Source: Octopus sinensis (lineage: Eukaryota). From it: DNA of 64,000 nt. This document shows positions 1-13,342 of this stretch, piece by piece. The stretch spans positions 160,022,001 through 160,086,000 of the forward strand of contig NC_042999.1 in the NCBI RefSeq assembly GCF_006345805.1, in the 5' to 3' direction. Numbering within the stretch: the stretch's first letter is position 1; every line of letters starts with the position of its first letter. Under the pieces are notes generated by a model. That model did not search any database, had not been told where the DNA came from, and worked only from the letters and a program-made list of their open reading frames with translations. A program made the position numbers and the translations under genes.

Positions 1-1118
1 GAAACCAAATTTAAACAGTATTATCCCAATTCATCATCTCTTTCAATAAATTGTTTACCAGCCAAGTGCTTTGTTTCCCAGGCAATACCAGGTATCCTAA
101 AAGTCTACTCTAAAAATTAATAATTTGGCATAAAATAAAATTTATGAAGGAGCTTTCTACCTTTAAAAAAAACAATTCTGTAATGCACCAATCTAAGTTG
201 CACTTCTTAAAGCTGTTCGGTCTCCATATCCCATTTTTTGGTTTCCCCAAAATTGGCCTCACACAAATTTGGTTTTTCAGCAAAAGCATTCCAAAGATTT
301 TGGATTTCATAAAATCCAGATTTCAACAGTGGATTTCAAACCTTAACTTCATAAAAGCTGTCTATCAATTCAGCGTTCAACCTTGGGTTTCAAACCTTGG
401 TATGTAGAAACCTTGGATGTCGAACCTTGGACCTAAACGTAATTAAATCTAATGTCATAGTTTAGTTTGGGCTAATAACTATAGTGTCCCCCATTTTAAC
501 AATGGACTTCACCCTTACAGTGCAGCATGAAAACTCTTTTCTAATAACAATATTATAAAAACATTGTAACCTGAATGAATATTCTCAGGTTTTCCTGGAG
601 AATCTTTGTAACTCGATTCCTCATTATTAGTTTTTGAAAAAAAGAAATGAAGAAATAAAAACTGATGCTATTTTATAGTAAATCAGATTAAGGCAGAAAG
701 CAGAAGAGTGAAGGTTTAGTATTAAGATATCTATTACGAGCGATATGATAAGTCAAAAGCAAACAGCACTCTATTGCTCACCAACCAATAGTAAATATGT
801 AGCTTACAGTGGCAGATGTAAGCAAAAAGAGAACTATATCATTGATAACTCATTTAATAACTTTCAGTGTTAAATTCAAATCCTACACTGGGTGTGGGAT
901 AAGGCAACAGTAAACTTCTGCAGTGTAGCTTCCTCATGATAACAGCATGTAGAGCAAATCTGCAATGATGACCCAACAAACAAAATAGAGGAGGTCAAAC
1001 TACATAAAACTTGAAATAATAATTTTTTTTTTAAATCAAAATTTTATTTTTCTAAGACTGAAAACAAAATACAGATTAGAATGTTTTTAGAAAATATTTT
1101 TAAAAAAAACTGATCATA

Positions 1119-1280
1119 GGCGCAGGAGTGGCTGTGTGGTAAGTAGCTTGCCAACCAACCACATGGTTCCGGGTTCAGTCCCACTGCATGGCATCTTGGG
1201 CAAGTGTCTTCTGCTATAGCCCCGGGCTGACCAATGCCTTGTGAGTGGATTTGGTAGACGGAAACTGAAAGAAACCCGTC

Positions 1281-1312
<32 letters not shown>

Positions 1313-1520
1313 TTGTGTGTCTGTGTTTGTCCCCCTAGCATTGCTTGACAACCGATGCTGGTGTGTTTACGTCCCTGTCACTTAGCGGTTCGGCAAAACA
1401 GACCGATAGAATAAGTACTGGGCTTACAAAGAATAAGTCCCGGGGTCGATTTGCTCGACTAAAGGCGGTGCTCCAGCATGGCCACAGTCAAATGATTGAA
1501 ACAAGTAAAAGAGTAAAGAG
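1119..1520 (+). mobile_element. tRNA-derived SINE family A
   Basis: Head GGCGCAGGAGTGGCTGTGTGGTAAG...GGTTCAGTCCC; central (TA)(TG)n; tail AAGTAAAAGAG. Confidence 0.9.
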
Positions 1521-1949
1521 AGTATATAATTTCCTATCTTTGGCTAGAGATTGTCCCAACAGCAGATTGTCTAATCAGAACAGACAAACCATTCAACTAT
1601 TCAACAATATGAACCTATAAACCATCTACCAATCATTCACTATCTTAAATAATAGATTGATTTTATGAAAGAACTACATTTGCTCCAGCTAAGCTTTAGT
1701 ATCTAGTAAAATTTATAAAGTTTCACATAGTACCTAAACAATTATAAGTTGAACTTCATAAGTATAGTCTGTGACATGACTAACCTTAACCACAAAGATA
1801 AAAAGAAATCTAACATCTGCTGGAGATAGAAAAAATATAAATAGTATAGCAAGGAGGAGGAGGATGTAAAGAAGATAGTGGAGAGACAAGAAATGAAAAC
1901 ATATTTCTCGCTGTATTTATTTACAAAACACGCTAGAATCATACTATTT

Positions 1950-2800
1950 GCTATGCTCAGTTAATCATGTTGAGAGTACAAGTTATTTCCAATGATTTGC
2001 AAAGCAGAACAATTGTCCCCTAGTATGAAGAAAAAAAGAACGAAATTACAAGGAATATAAGCAAATGAGTCAAGTTGTGAGGGTGATAAAAATAGCCATA
2101 ATGAACTTAGTGCAATATACAACAGGTGTTGATAGGATGCAGCCTGGATCTATACTGTAATGTGATAACACAGCTACATGTAACGAAAAAGAAAAGAGTC
2201 AAATCTGGTAAAGAAAGGATAACTATACAGGATCTGTGGAAAAAAGGAAAGTATTTGACAGTAAAACATCTTGAGAGAAACAGCCTGGGTTAAGATGCAA
2301 GAAGGGATTAGACATAATCTCAGTTCTAGGTGGACAAAACAAACAATGGCTACAAACACAGGTACAGTTGGACCACTGATAACCAGATAGAACATAAGAT
2401 AAACTTAGATGACAGCAAGGGTTATCATAAAGTGGTGTTAGATTAGTTCAGTCCCTTATATACTATGTTAAGTGTTTATGACTTAAATGAGTGGTTAAAG
2501 ATTAATGGAAATGAAAAATACTAGGGAGCTGCTACCACTCTAAGCAACAAAGAGATCCTTGATGCAGTTGTTTGGCCTGCAGGAAAAAGCAGCCATACCT
2601 CCCTCAAATAGAATCCTATTATTTTTGAAAAAAGGCCAATGGACAATGCAGCCTCTAACATAAAAAAAGATAGGATGGTCATGATTGAAATGTCTTTAAA
2701 CATAGGACTAACATGAGGAATAGCTGTTTCAAAGAGTATATCTAAGAAGTATGAAGTTGAATGGCAATAAATTATATGATTGTTATGCAATATGTAAATA
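1950..2800 (+). mobile_element. Possible very decayed RLE-type (R2/R4/NeSL-like) LINE 3' fragment
   Basis: Broken peptides RICGKKESI and KDRMVMIEMS..KKYE with many stops. Confidence 0.25.
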
Positions 2801-2918
2801 GTAAATATAGAATATCTACAGCAATTGAAGATGGGTTAGTCAAACAACCTGCATATCAAAAGCATTGGTAAATATATATCAATAAGATAGTAATTTAATT
2901 AATCATTGTTAATAAATA

Positions 2919-3320
2919 GGCGCAGGAGTGGCTGTGTGGTAAGTAGCTTGTTTACCAACCACATGGTTCCGGGTTCAGTCCCACTACGTGGCACCTTGGG
3001 CAAGTGTCTTCTACTATAGCCTCAGGCCGACCAATGCCTTGTGAGTGGATTTGGTAGACGGAAACTGAAAGAAGCCTATCGTATATATGTATATATATAT
3101 AAGCGTGTGTGTGTTTGTGTGTCTGTGTTTGTCCCCCTAGCATTGCTTGACAACCGATGCTGGTGTGTTTATGTCCCCGTTACTTAGCGGTTCAGCAAAA
3201 GAGACCGATAGAATAAGTACTGGGCTTACAAAAGAATAAGTCCTGGGGTCGAGTTGCTCAATTAAAGGCGGTGCTCCAGCATGGCCGCAGTCAAATGACT
3301 GAAACAAGTAAAAGAGAGTA
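2919..3320 (+). mobile_element. SINE family A
   Basis: Near-identical to 1119-1520. Confidence 0.9.
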
Positions 3321-3885
3321 AATGTGAATTAATGAAGAAAGCTGAGCAAAATATTACCTTGACTTGGTGACAGGCAATACTCAAAACTGAGATATATGAG
3401 AAACTTGAAGAAAAATTAGGTAGACAGGGCCTAGGAATACCAGGTTTCCTGAATGAGATAATGTAAGATTAACACACAGACTTATCCAAGCATGCTGACA
3501 TAGAAAAACAGATGCTAAACAACAATAAAATTGCTAGGTGAACTTGGTAATTTAATTGTTCAGTTCACTTAGCAATAGAAGTGAACTTTATGTTTTTATC
3601 AGCTACCAGTAGCCACTTGTCATTTGTGTGAATATTAAAAGACTACTGGTGAATGATAGCCAGATAGAAATGGAAATTTTTTAAAAAAGAAATTAGGGAT
3701 ATGGATAATTTAAAATTATGCAATTTTACCACAAGCTAAAATAAGTCAACAGTTAGCTTCCGTTCCATAGCTACTTGAGTCCAATAGGCCAAACTCTTTA
3801 TAGAAAAGGCAATTAAATATAGACAAACATCTCCTCCAATTAATCACTTCCCCAGCAGAAAAGGATACTCTTCAGTTATATATTC

Positions 3886-3928
<43 letters not shown>

Positions 3929-4789
3929 AAGTAAAAAAAAAATCATACACATGGGTAATGTATTAACTTTTTATAAAATACTGCATTATTTCACTGTGAG
4001 GCAATTAACTTCCGTGAAAGATATTCCCTATAAATGGTTCTATACACCATATTCTGACAAAGAACAGGCTATATCAGTGGAAGTTCGGTCCAACAACAAA
4101 CATCTTCAGCATCCCACCCTTCATAGAAGAAGAACTTAACAAAACACTGCTATCACCACAGATGTTTTACTTATTCTTTATTCGTTTTCATTTTTGCTGG
4201 CTTTTTCTTTTTTTTTAATTTTTCATTTAAATAAATTCTATTCATAGTGACCTACAGACTTAATAATGAAATCAAATGTATTTAGAGAAGTATAAAGTTG
4301 CTTATTATGAACAAATACTAAAACTCCTAACTCAGTATGTTAGTAATTATAATTACTAGTATTGTTTCTTTGATAGGCAAAAAGTTGGAGAAGCAAAGGA
4401 ATGAATGAGAAGTAGTGATATTTATGGCTTTCTCAAAAGCATTAACAATGTATGTGGAAGGGAAATAGAACAACACCACCTAAAGAAACACCTAAAATAG
4501 AAAACAGCTTTTAAGACTTACTGCCCAGAAACTTACCTCTGGAGCTTGTTGCTAATAATTCACCTTTCTAACTGAAATTGTAGTGGGTAGAAATCGTAGA
4601 GAACTATCTAACAGCTATTTCAAGTTCAAATCCCATCAAAGTAAAAATAAATGCCAACAGCATACCATTATGTTTCATATACTAAAGTCACATATGTATT
4701 CAATTAATCCTAATTGGAGCTAAACACCTAAGACAGTGGCCTACCGAGTTGAAGAAAGGTATAGTTTTCAATGACATAAGAAAAAAAAT

Positions 4790-5230
4790 ACTAAACAGTT
4801 TTGACTAAACACACAGTGATGTAGGAAGTCGGTGATAGTACATTGGCTAAGGTTTCAGGGAGGTGGAATAAGAACTACTACTACCTCCCTTGGCAACAAA
4901 AGATTTTCCTTGCAAAATGAGAAGCTAACTATGATGATATGTAGAAATGTAATGCCATATAGCAATATAATGAGCAGTAGATGAAGAAGATATATAGTAA
5001 GAGGAGAATAAAGTTAGCTGGATGTGTGATATCTTACAAGAAATAGTTCAGTGTAAGTGAATTAAGGAACAAATGGAATAACAAAGGCATTAACAGATGT
5101 AGATAGGAAAAACAACTGCTCTAGAATAAACATGTAATGTGAAAAATTGATGCATATTTGCTGGGAAAATACTACAGTTTGGTGTTAAGGATATATGCTA
5201 TACACTGAAGATGAACTAAATGAAACATAA
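4790..5230 (+). mobile_element. Highly decayed RTE LINE fragment
   Basis: Weak remnant of the WMC...ELR...GI pattern of the RTE C-terminus. Confidence 0.35.
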
Positions 5231-5749
5231 GCATTGGGCCTTACAGTTATGATCACACAGTTTGAAATGCATAACACAATTATATCACAAACCAGCCAAT
5301 TCCACAATATCAAAGGAAAATAGTAATATTGAGAATTTTTTATTATTGTTCACAACACTAGTCTCCAAAGGCTTGTGGTGGCCATAGGTACAGTCCCTGC
5401 CAACAGATTAAACCCATAGAAAAGAAAGAAAAATACATGCAGAAACTAGCTGTTTACCTCATGTCAACCATGATCAAACAGACTTCTGATCAAAACCAAT
5501 CAAACTAGGACTACTCTGTCTTTATTTCGAGAATACTGTAACCTAAACTACATTATCCAATGTGTCCTTTATCAAGACAGGAGAAGGAAAAATATAATTG
5601 TTTCATTTGAAAGCCAAATCATAAAAATATCCTAACAAGAAAATCTCTGGCAGCTATAACTCCACCCCTTACTAATACCTTTATATTCTAGTAGATCTAC
5701 TTCTTTAATAATATTATCATTCATTACTTTGCTCTCTCTCTCATATATA

Positions 5750-6056
5750 TCATCATCATCATCATTTAGCGTTTGCTTTCCATGCTAGCATGGGTTGGAC
5801 GGTTCAACTGGGGTCTGGGAAGCCAGAAGGCTGCATCAGGCCCAGTCTGATCTGGCTGTGTTTCTACGGCTGGATGCCCTTCCTAACACCAACCACTCCG
5901 TGAGTGTAGTGGGTGCTTTTTACGTGTCACCCGCACAGGTGCCAGACGGAGCTGGCAAACGGCCACGGACGGATGGTGCTTTTTACGTGCCAACGGCACG
6001 GGGGCCAGGCGAGGCTGGCAATAGCCACGATCGGATGGTGCTTTTTATGTGCCATC
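5750..6056 (-). mobile_element. Family C element (RTE-type 3' end with (GAT)n tail and upstream ~50-bp repeat units)
   Basis: (CAT)n then TTTAGCG..CCATGCTAGCATGGGTTGGACGG...GGATGCCCTTCCTAAC..CCAACC. Confidence 0.85.
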
Positions 6057-6260
6057 AATGAATTTCTTTAACTGAATGTAGAAGAGCCTACATATACCAA
6101 TAATATATTCATCCAAAGCAGACAAGATAGAAATATCAAATGAATTACAAGGTACAGGTACTCAGGCTAAGTGTATGAAGAACAGACAGAATAAGTCAAT
6201 TAAACACAGCCACACCTGCTACATTAGTTATTTTCAGTAAAAAAAAGAAATAATAAAATA

Positions 6261-6640
6261 GGTGCAGGAGTGGCTGTGTGGTAAGTAGCTTGCTAACCAA
6301 CCACATGGTTCCAGGTTCAGTCCCACTGCGTGGCATCTTGGGCAAGTGTCTTCTGCTATGGCCCCGGGCCGACCAATGCCTTGTGAGTGGATTTGGTAGA
6401 CGGAAACTGAAAGAAGCCTGTCGTATATATGTATAAGTGTATGTGTCTGTGTTTGTCCCCCTAGCATTGCTTGACAACCGATGCTGGTGTGTTTACGTCC
6501 CTGTCACTTAGCGGTTCGGCAAAAGAGACCGATAGAATAAGTACTGGGCTTACAAAGAATAAGTCCCGGGGTCGATTTGCTCGACTAAAGGCGGTGCTCC
6601 AGCATGGCCGCAGTCAAATGACTGAAACAAGTAAAAGAGT
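6261..6640 (+). mobile_element. SINE family A
   Basis: Full-length copy. Confidence 0.9.
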
Positions 6641-7310
6641 AGGAAATGCTAGAGCCAATCAAATTCAAACTTCAAAATTATTTTCCATAATTATTCCTCA
6701 GAGTTATTATTACAGTTGTTCTCTAACTTATTAATCATTATTTACTGCTTGTATTACAATTTAGCCAAGGATAATGATACATCTATATCTCATCCCCTTA
6801 TATCAATTCAAGATATTATATTACTTTCATAACAAACATCTCAAATAGAGAATGCCCTGGTTATAAAGGAAATCATTATAAGGAAACAAATACATTACTA
6901 AGAGTTATGGTTGGAATTTAAGTTTAATCACAAGTTCCAAATAACTGACTCTCCATATAATAAATACTTTCATAAACTGAGTTGTACAAATACTTGTTTT
7001 CAGTATTTCCATTCTTAAGAAGTTGAATAAAACTAGTCATTTCAGTTAGGACAATCTCTAACCCAGTGTCATATTTCAACAGGGAACACATGCAAACAAC
7101 ATGACAGTGTCTTCTGGTACACTGAACAAGTGATGTGATGACAGGACAGTACATAAAGAGAGGGGGTAAACATCATGTTGGATTCTGGAATCAAACGTAT
7201 ACATAATTCATTTGCCAAAAAAACACTTATGACAGCAAGTAACAACAGCTAATATGCAAAGTAATATCGGGAGAAAAACGTTGAATGGCCATTCTAAAGC
7301 ATTAACCTTG

Positions 7311-8170
7311 TGGCTGTGTGGTAAGTAACTTGTTTCTTTACTACCCAGAAGGGGCTAAACACAGAGAGGGCAAACAAAGACAGACAAAGGGATTAAGCCG
7401 ATTATATCGACCCCAGTGCGTAACTGGTACTTAATTTATCGACCCCGAAAGGATGAAAGGCAAAGTCGACCTCGGCGGAATTTGAACTCAGAACGTAACG
7501 GCATACGAAATACCACTAAGCATTTCGACCGGTGTGATAATGGTTCTGCCAGCTCGCCGCCAACATAAATATTACCATAATCAGGTGTTGATAGCAGCAG
7601 AGTTAATTAAAGAAACAAAGGCGACGGTCTTTAATATATATATTCTTCAGTAACACGAAGAAAAAAAAAAGTTACAAAAGTAAAAGAAAATAGAAAATTG
7701 AGTGGCTTCAAATGAAGAGTTGCAGGGTTCGAATTTGCTAAATAAACACTTCGAGACTAACGATTCTGCCAGCTCGCCGCCTTCGTGTGGTAAGTAACTT
7801 GCTAACCAACCACATGGTTCCAGGTTCAATCCCACTGCGTGGCACCTTGGGCAAGTGTCTTCTACTATAGCCTCAGGCCGACCAAAGCCTTGTGAGTGGA
7901 TTTGGTAGACGGAAACTGAAAGAAGCCCGTCATATATATGTGTATATATATATATGTATGTGTGTGTGTGTGTGTCTGTGTTTGTCCCCCTAGCATTGCT
8001 TGACAACCAATGCTGGTGTGTTTATGTCCCAGTCACTTAGCGGTTCGGCAAAAAGTGACTGATAGAATGAGTACTGGGCTTACACAGAATAAGTCCCGGG
8101 GTCGAGCTGCTCAACTAAAGGCGGTGCTCCAGCATGGCCGCAGTCAAATGACTGAAACAAGTAAAAGAGT
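7311..8170 (+). mobile_element. SINE family A split by a 452-bp composite insertion (7333-7784)
   Basis: GTGTGGTAAGTAACTTG duplicated at 7316-7332 and 7785-7801. Confidence 0.85.
7333..7561 (-). mobile_element. tRNA-derived SINE family B (core GCCTTTCATCCTTTCGGGGTCGATAAA, resembling conserved metazoan SINE central domains)
   Basis: Head GGCGGCGAGCTGGCAGAA...GAGTTCAAATTCC; tail GGGTAGTAAAGAAA. Confidence 0.85.
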
Positions 8171-8214
8171 ATTGTTTCTGATCATGGCACAGGGTTGGCA
8201 ATTTTGAGGGGAAG

Positions 8215-8400
8215 GTTGAGCTGATACCATTAACCCCAGTACCAGACAAGTACTTTGTGTTATTGATTCCAAAAGGATGAAAAGTAAATTTGAATTTGGA
8301 GGGATTTGATCTCAGAACATAGAGAAATGGAAGAAATACTGAAATGCATTTTGCAATTTTTCTGGCACCTTAATGATTCTGAAAGCTCACCCATTCAAAT
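8215..8400 (-). mobile_element. Diverged family-B-like SINE
   Basis: AAAAGGATGAAAAG...GATTTGATCTCAGAAC remnant. Confidence 0.5.
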
Positions 8401-8659
8401 AACAGAAATATAAGACTCAAGATTTTCACATGCTATTCTTCCTAATAAAAGGTACAGGGAACTAAATACATCAATCTATTTTCCAATCAGAGAATATAAT
8501 TTTTTTTTTATATTTTTAATTAGTCCTCTCTTCATTTTCCAATGTCATATATGAAACGAGTGCTGCATCTTCGTCAACATAGAGTGTGATAGACAAGAGG
8601 ATAGTGAATAAGACTTAATAGGGGCAAAAACTCAACAGTATATCATAGATTCCAACCTC

Positions 8660-9250
8660 CATCACTACTGCAATGATCTTGGCTGGTTTACCACACTTGC
8701 ATCAGTGGATAGGTCTTTGTCATCTCTTCTGTGACAGTCAGCCTCTTGAAAGATTTCACCTCTTTACCCCACATCTTATTTGGTCTCCCTCTTTCATAGA
8801 TTCTACCCACTTCCAGTGTTTGGTACTTCTTTATACCAACGATGTCCATGAGAGGCACCATATGTCGAAACTAGCACAAATCTTTGCCCCTACACACTGC
8901 GACTGATACCTCTTATATTCAGTTTTTCTCTCAGCATATTCATGCTCTGTCGTTCATGCACACTAACATTAAGCATCCAGTAGAGCATGCTTGCTTCAAT
9001 TTTTTTTTCCAGTTATCACAAATTTGGATCCTAAACCCACATTGTTACCATGCATTACACTTTGTATTCAAGTAACATGCAATATGCCCTTCACTCTGAA
9101 AGGAAAGCCTTTTGTTGCCACCTGAAGTGGTAGCTCCTTGGTCTTTTTCACCCCATTCTTACCCTGGATACTATGATTTCAGTATACTCACCTCCACTGC
9201 TAAGGGCCACATACTGGTTGGCTGAGAAAGCCAACTTCTTATGTGGCAGA
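8660..9250 (-). mobile_element. RTE LINE fragment
   Basis: Degenerate RTE ORF2 C-terminal sequence similar to 48080-49100. Confidence 0.55.
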
Positions 9251-10067
9251 TGCACAGGAGTGATTAGCAATAAGAATGCACATGACATATATTCCGTGAA
9301 ATGCTTGGAAGGCTTGCTAAGACTCACTAAGATAGTTTTTACAACTTAAGTTCATGTCTTACACAAATATTAATTTCAAGACAAATACTAGTCTTGAAAA
9401 AAACTTGATCAATATTACCACCACTACATAATTTAACTAAAACAGATTGTTTTTAAAATATTAAATGGAAACTTCATCAGATTCTCCAAATCCTAAAATG
9501 ATGTCAGTATGTTTTAAATCTTGTTGACATAAATTTGTTTAGAATTTTGCCGAACTTGACTGAAAATTTGACAATTTTCATCAATTCTACAGTAAATTAA
9601 GAAAAAAAAACTGACATACTTTCTGCAACAACATAAACAAACAAAAGCTCTATTCCCTTTAGGTTTTATCAAATCTTTGCTTTATCTTTGCCAGTTTCCA
9701 GTCCAACCACTGGGTAACCCCTCTCTATCTACCCACCACTTACCTCCTACTGACAACAGTAGCTTCCCTTCATAAAACTACACTAGTTAGATTGCAAGTT
9801 AAATTCAGAATAATCACCACTACTAAGACACAGATATGTGACTCAGAATAATTTCTTTTTTATACTACAGTCTGAAGTAAATGCAAATCAGATCAGAGGT
9901 CAGTTTATTTAGTAAATAAACAACTTGATTTCATGTTCAGATATATAAATATATTCAGCAACACTATAGAAGCTAATACATTTGAGAACATACTATAACA
10001 TACTATACAATTTGAGGATTTATTTCAGAAAAAGTATATATATATATATATTTTTAGTATGTGACCT

Positions 10068-10258
10068 CGCCTGTATCACTAGCGATTTTTTTTTCTCTCT
10101 GTCTTCCCTTCTCGGGATCTTTCCTTCTCCTATGTTTCCAACGAAGAGCTCCGCTCGAAACGTCAAACCCTCCTTCTTCCCTTCTTTCCTGAGCGTCCAA
10201 TAATACTTTATTTGTTCCACGTCCTAGCGTTGTTGTCTTTTTGTTTTCTTGTTTGGAT

Positions 10259-10262
<4 letters not shown>
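10068..10262 (+). mobile_element. Penelope-like element pseudo-LTR remnant
   Basis: CpG-rich pyrimidine-rich segment with a hammerhead-like motif, between TA tracts. Confidence 0.5.
10134..10168 (+). ncRNA. Degenerate minimal type I hammerhead ribozyme
   Basis: GUUU-CCAACGA-A-GAGC-UCC-GCUC-GAA-ACGU-C-AAAC. Stems I and II, GAAA, palindromic ACGU and GUC are all present, but the core reads CCAACGA instead of CUGANGA. Confidence 0.65.
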
Positions 10263-10319
<57 letters not shown>

Positions 10320-10328
10320 TATATATAT
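10263..10328. repeat. (TA)n microsatellite
   Basis: Direct inspection; similar tracts at ~3890, 20178, 24627, 35321, 46329, 58393. Confidence 0.95.
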
Positions 10329-10919
10329 GGCCACTCAACAGCAAAACACATTCAACACCTCAGAATGCATCAACACCATTATCAAATACAGTCACTCTAC
10401 GAAATAGAGAAAACTGTATATATGGGGTATGTGAGAGAGAGAGAGGGAGGGACGGATGGACTGACAAACAGACAGACAGATTTTGAATTTATGTCCAGTG
10501 ACACTAATGACAGTAGAGTTAACTGTAAAACCATCCAATTCATGTCTGAATGAAATGTTTTGAAATCATGATGAAATGTTTAAAAATACAAAGCAAAAAG
10601 ACAAAATAAAAATTAACAGAAATGCCATGGTTTCAAAGTAAAATAATTGTAATTTTTTTTTTTTTTTTTTTTTGCCTAAATCTATGGAAATATTCAAATA
10701 AAAAAAGTTTAAACCTAGATAAATTTCTTTCAAAATTACTGAGAAGTCACTGTAAAGCAGCAATGATAATCATATTTCTTTTATTGTGGCTTGCTTCAGC
10801 TAATCTAGAGTTTAGCAAAATATTACAAAAATAATTGTTCTGGGTAAGGAACCATCTATTAAGTCAATATCTGTACATCACACACTTCTTTGTAAAATCT
10901 ATAAACAATCTATAAACCA

Positions 10920-11330
10920 GGCGCAGGAGTGGCTGTGTGGTAAGTAGCCTGTTTACCAACCACATGGTTCCGGGTTCAGTCCCACTGCGTGGCACCTTGG
11001 GCAAGTGTCTTCTACTATAGCCTCAGGCCGACCAAAGCCTTGTGAGTGGATTTGGTAGATGGAAACTGAAAGAAGCCCGTTGTATATATGTATATATATA
11101 TATGCGTGTGTGTGTTTGTGTGAGTGTGTTTGTCCCCCTAGCATTGCTTGACAACCGATGCTGGTGTGTTTATGTCCCCGTTACTTAGCGGTTCGGCAAA
11201 AGAGACCGATAGAATAAGTACTGGGCTTACAAAAGATTAAGTCCCGGGGTCGAGTTGCTCGATTAAAGGCGGTGCTCCAGCATGGCCGCAGTCAAATGAC
11301 TGAAACAAGTAAAAGAGAGATAAAAGAGAG
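10920..11330 (+). mobile_element. SINE family A
   Basis: Full-length copy. Confidence 0.9.
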
Positions 11331-11399
11331 AACCAATGGGGACAAGGCATGTTTTTTTTTTATCTTAATACTCCAGAAACACAGGATGATTTTCTCTAC

Positions 11400-12230
11400 A
11401 ATTTGAACTTTGTTACTTATATTTACTTACTTTTGAAAAGTAAATAAACTCAAGCACAACTCATACCAAGAAAATACACCTTAAACAGAAATGGCACTCA
11501 GCTCCAACACCCATGGTCAATCAAAATATCACTCATTTTCAACAAAGATCTCTCCTGGCAAAAACACAGCCTTAAATAGATTGCACAGCATCCCAAAGAC
11601 TGGCCCTTCTCTTCAGACCCACAACAACAGCTGACATTCAACAAAACTCAGATAAAACCCACAATAGAGTACCGCTCCAACTTCTTGGACAGTGCTGCAG
11701 GAATACACATGGAAATTCTATTCTAAATTACATTCACGGTGGCACGTAAAAAGCACCCACTACACTCGCGGAGTGGTTGGCGTTAGGAAGAGCATCCAGC
11801 TGTAGAAACACTGCCAGATCAGACTGGAGTCTGGTGCAGCCCCTGGCTTCCCAGACCCCGGTTGAACCGTCCAACCGTGCTAGCGCGGAAAACGAATATT
11901 AAACGATGATGTTGATGATGATTCAGAGAAGGGTCGCTTGAATGAGTGGCATTAAATCATTCACAAACATGCTTTGCTCACTCACTCACAAGAATATTGC
12001 CTCCTCCTTCTGCCTTTTCTATTACTACTACTAGAGCTCCTATTCCTTGGATCCACTTCTTGTCAGACTTACTGTATCCAAAACCCTCCAGGCTTCACAC
12101 TAGCCACTATACCTACTCTTACCTTCTCAGAACATCACCTTTCTGAAATTTCCTTTCTGCTCATGTTTCCTGCAAATATTACTTGCTTAAGTTTAAACAG
12201 AACATAAATGGCATCAAGCTTACCAGTCTT
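11400..12230 (+). mobile_element. CR1/L2-like LINE ORF2 C-terminal fragment split by a family-C element
   Basis: Remnant peptides DLSWQKH, KTQIKPTIEYRS..AA, IQRRVA, SLTHKNIAS..LFYYYY. Confidence 0.6.
11747..11921 (+). mobile_element. Family C element
   Basis: Ends TTAAACGATGATGTTGATGATG; splits a LINE. Confidence 0.85.
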
Positions 12231-12453
12231 GGAGGGTCTGCAAAGTTCATGGACACTGCCACTTTCTTCAGACTTGGCAAATATGAGTTTCACTACATAC
12301 ATACATACATACATACATACATACAGTTTCACAAATAACCACTTCATTTAAGTTCATTTGTCGGTTAATACAGTGCCACAAGATTTAATATGTACTTTAT
12401 AAAGATATCACATAATTTCTAGTAAACACACCAGAAAACTTTACAGTAATATT

Positions 12454-12684
12454 TATTACTTTACTACCCACAAGGGGCTAAACACAGAGGGGACAAACAA
12501 GGACAGACAAGGGGATTAAGTCGATTATATCGACCCCAGTGCATAACTGGTACTTAATTTATCGACCCCCGAGAGGATGAAAGGCAAAGTCGACCTCGGC
12601 GGAATTTGAACTCGGAACGTAACGACAGACGAAATACGGCTATGCATTTCGCCCGGCGTGCTAACGTTTCTGCCAGCTTGCCAT
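12454..12684 (-). mobile_element. SINE family B
   Basis: Full copy with 14-bp TSD TTTACAGTAATATT. Confidence 0.9.
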
Positions 12685-13342
12685 TTTACAGTAATATTGT
12701 CTTAGTCCAGATCAACACTGATCAAACAAACTTATTGTAAAACACACCAAACTTGGCCGTCCTAAGTGTGATGAAGATTTGGCTGCTATTTCTAGCATGT
12801 CATAGATAATTATTACAACTAATGACTTGGGCTATCAGCATAGGCAGAAAACCAGCAATCTTAACAGCTCACAATCTTTGGACATCAGAGTCCTAGTAAC
12901 TACTTTAAAATCTAATATTTAAATGCAGGTGCCTATCTCTGAACAATTTTATATTTAGTCACTAAGGTAATGTGATACACCTATTGTGTTCACATTAAAA
13001 TTAAATAATCAGCTGATGAATTAAATTACTCTTGCTAGCTACTCTGTATATTTAAGTAATCATTATTTTGACACAAATTAAATCAAAAATTTCTTTTCTT
13101 GTTGAATTATTTATTTCAGTCTTTCTAATGAATTTAATTGAAAAATAATATACGATTTCCTTCAGATATTCTAAGTTCTAATAGTACAAAAAGAATGGTA
13201 TATTCATGACTAATAATTTGACTAAACCTATATTAATATATAAATGAACAAATCAGGAGTTTGAATAAATGAAAATTACAAACAAATAGCATTCACATTA
13301 CATTTGACTGAAGATCTTGAGACACAGTTACATATTATTTAT

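Noticed and set aside
110-430. ORFs 110-310 and 144-407 and short AACCTTGG repeats as a possible PIX exon
   Set aside because: No SH3/DH/PH-like residues in any frame, and stops follow the candidate acceptor.
4060-4115. CUGAAGA...GAAC on the minus strand as a third hammerhead
   Set aside because: Stem II is weak, GAAA is not intact, and there is no stem I or III.
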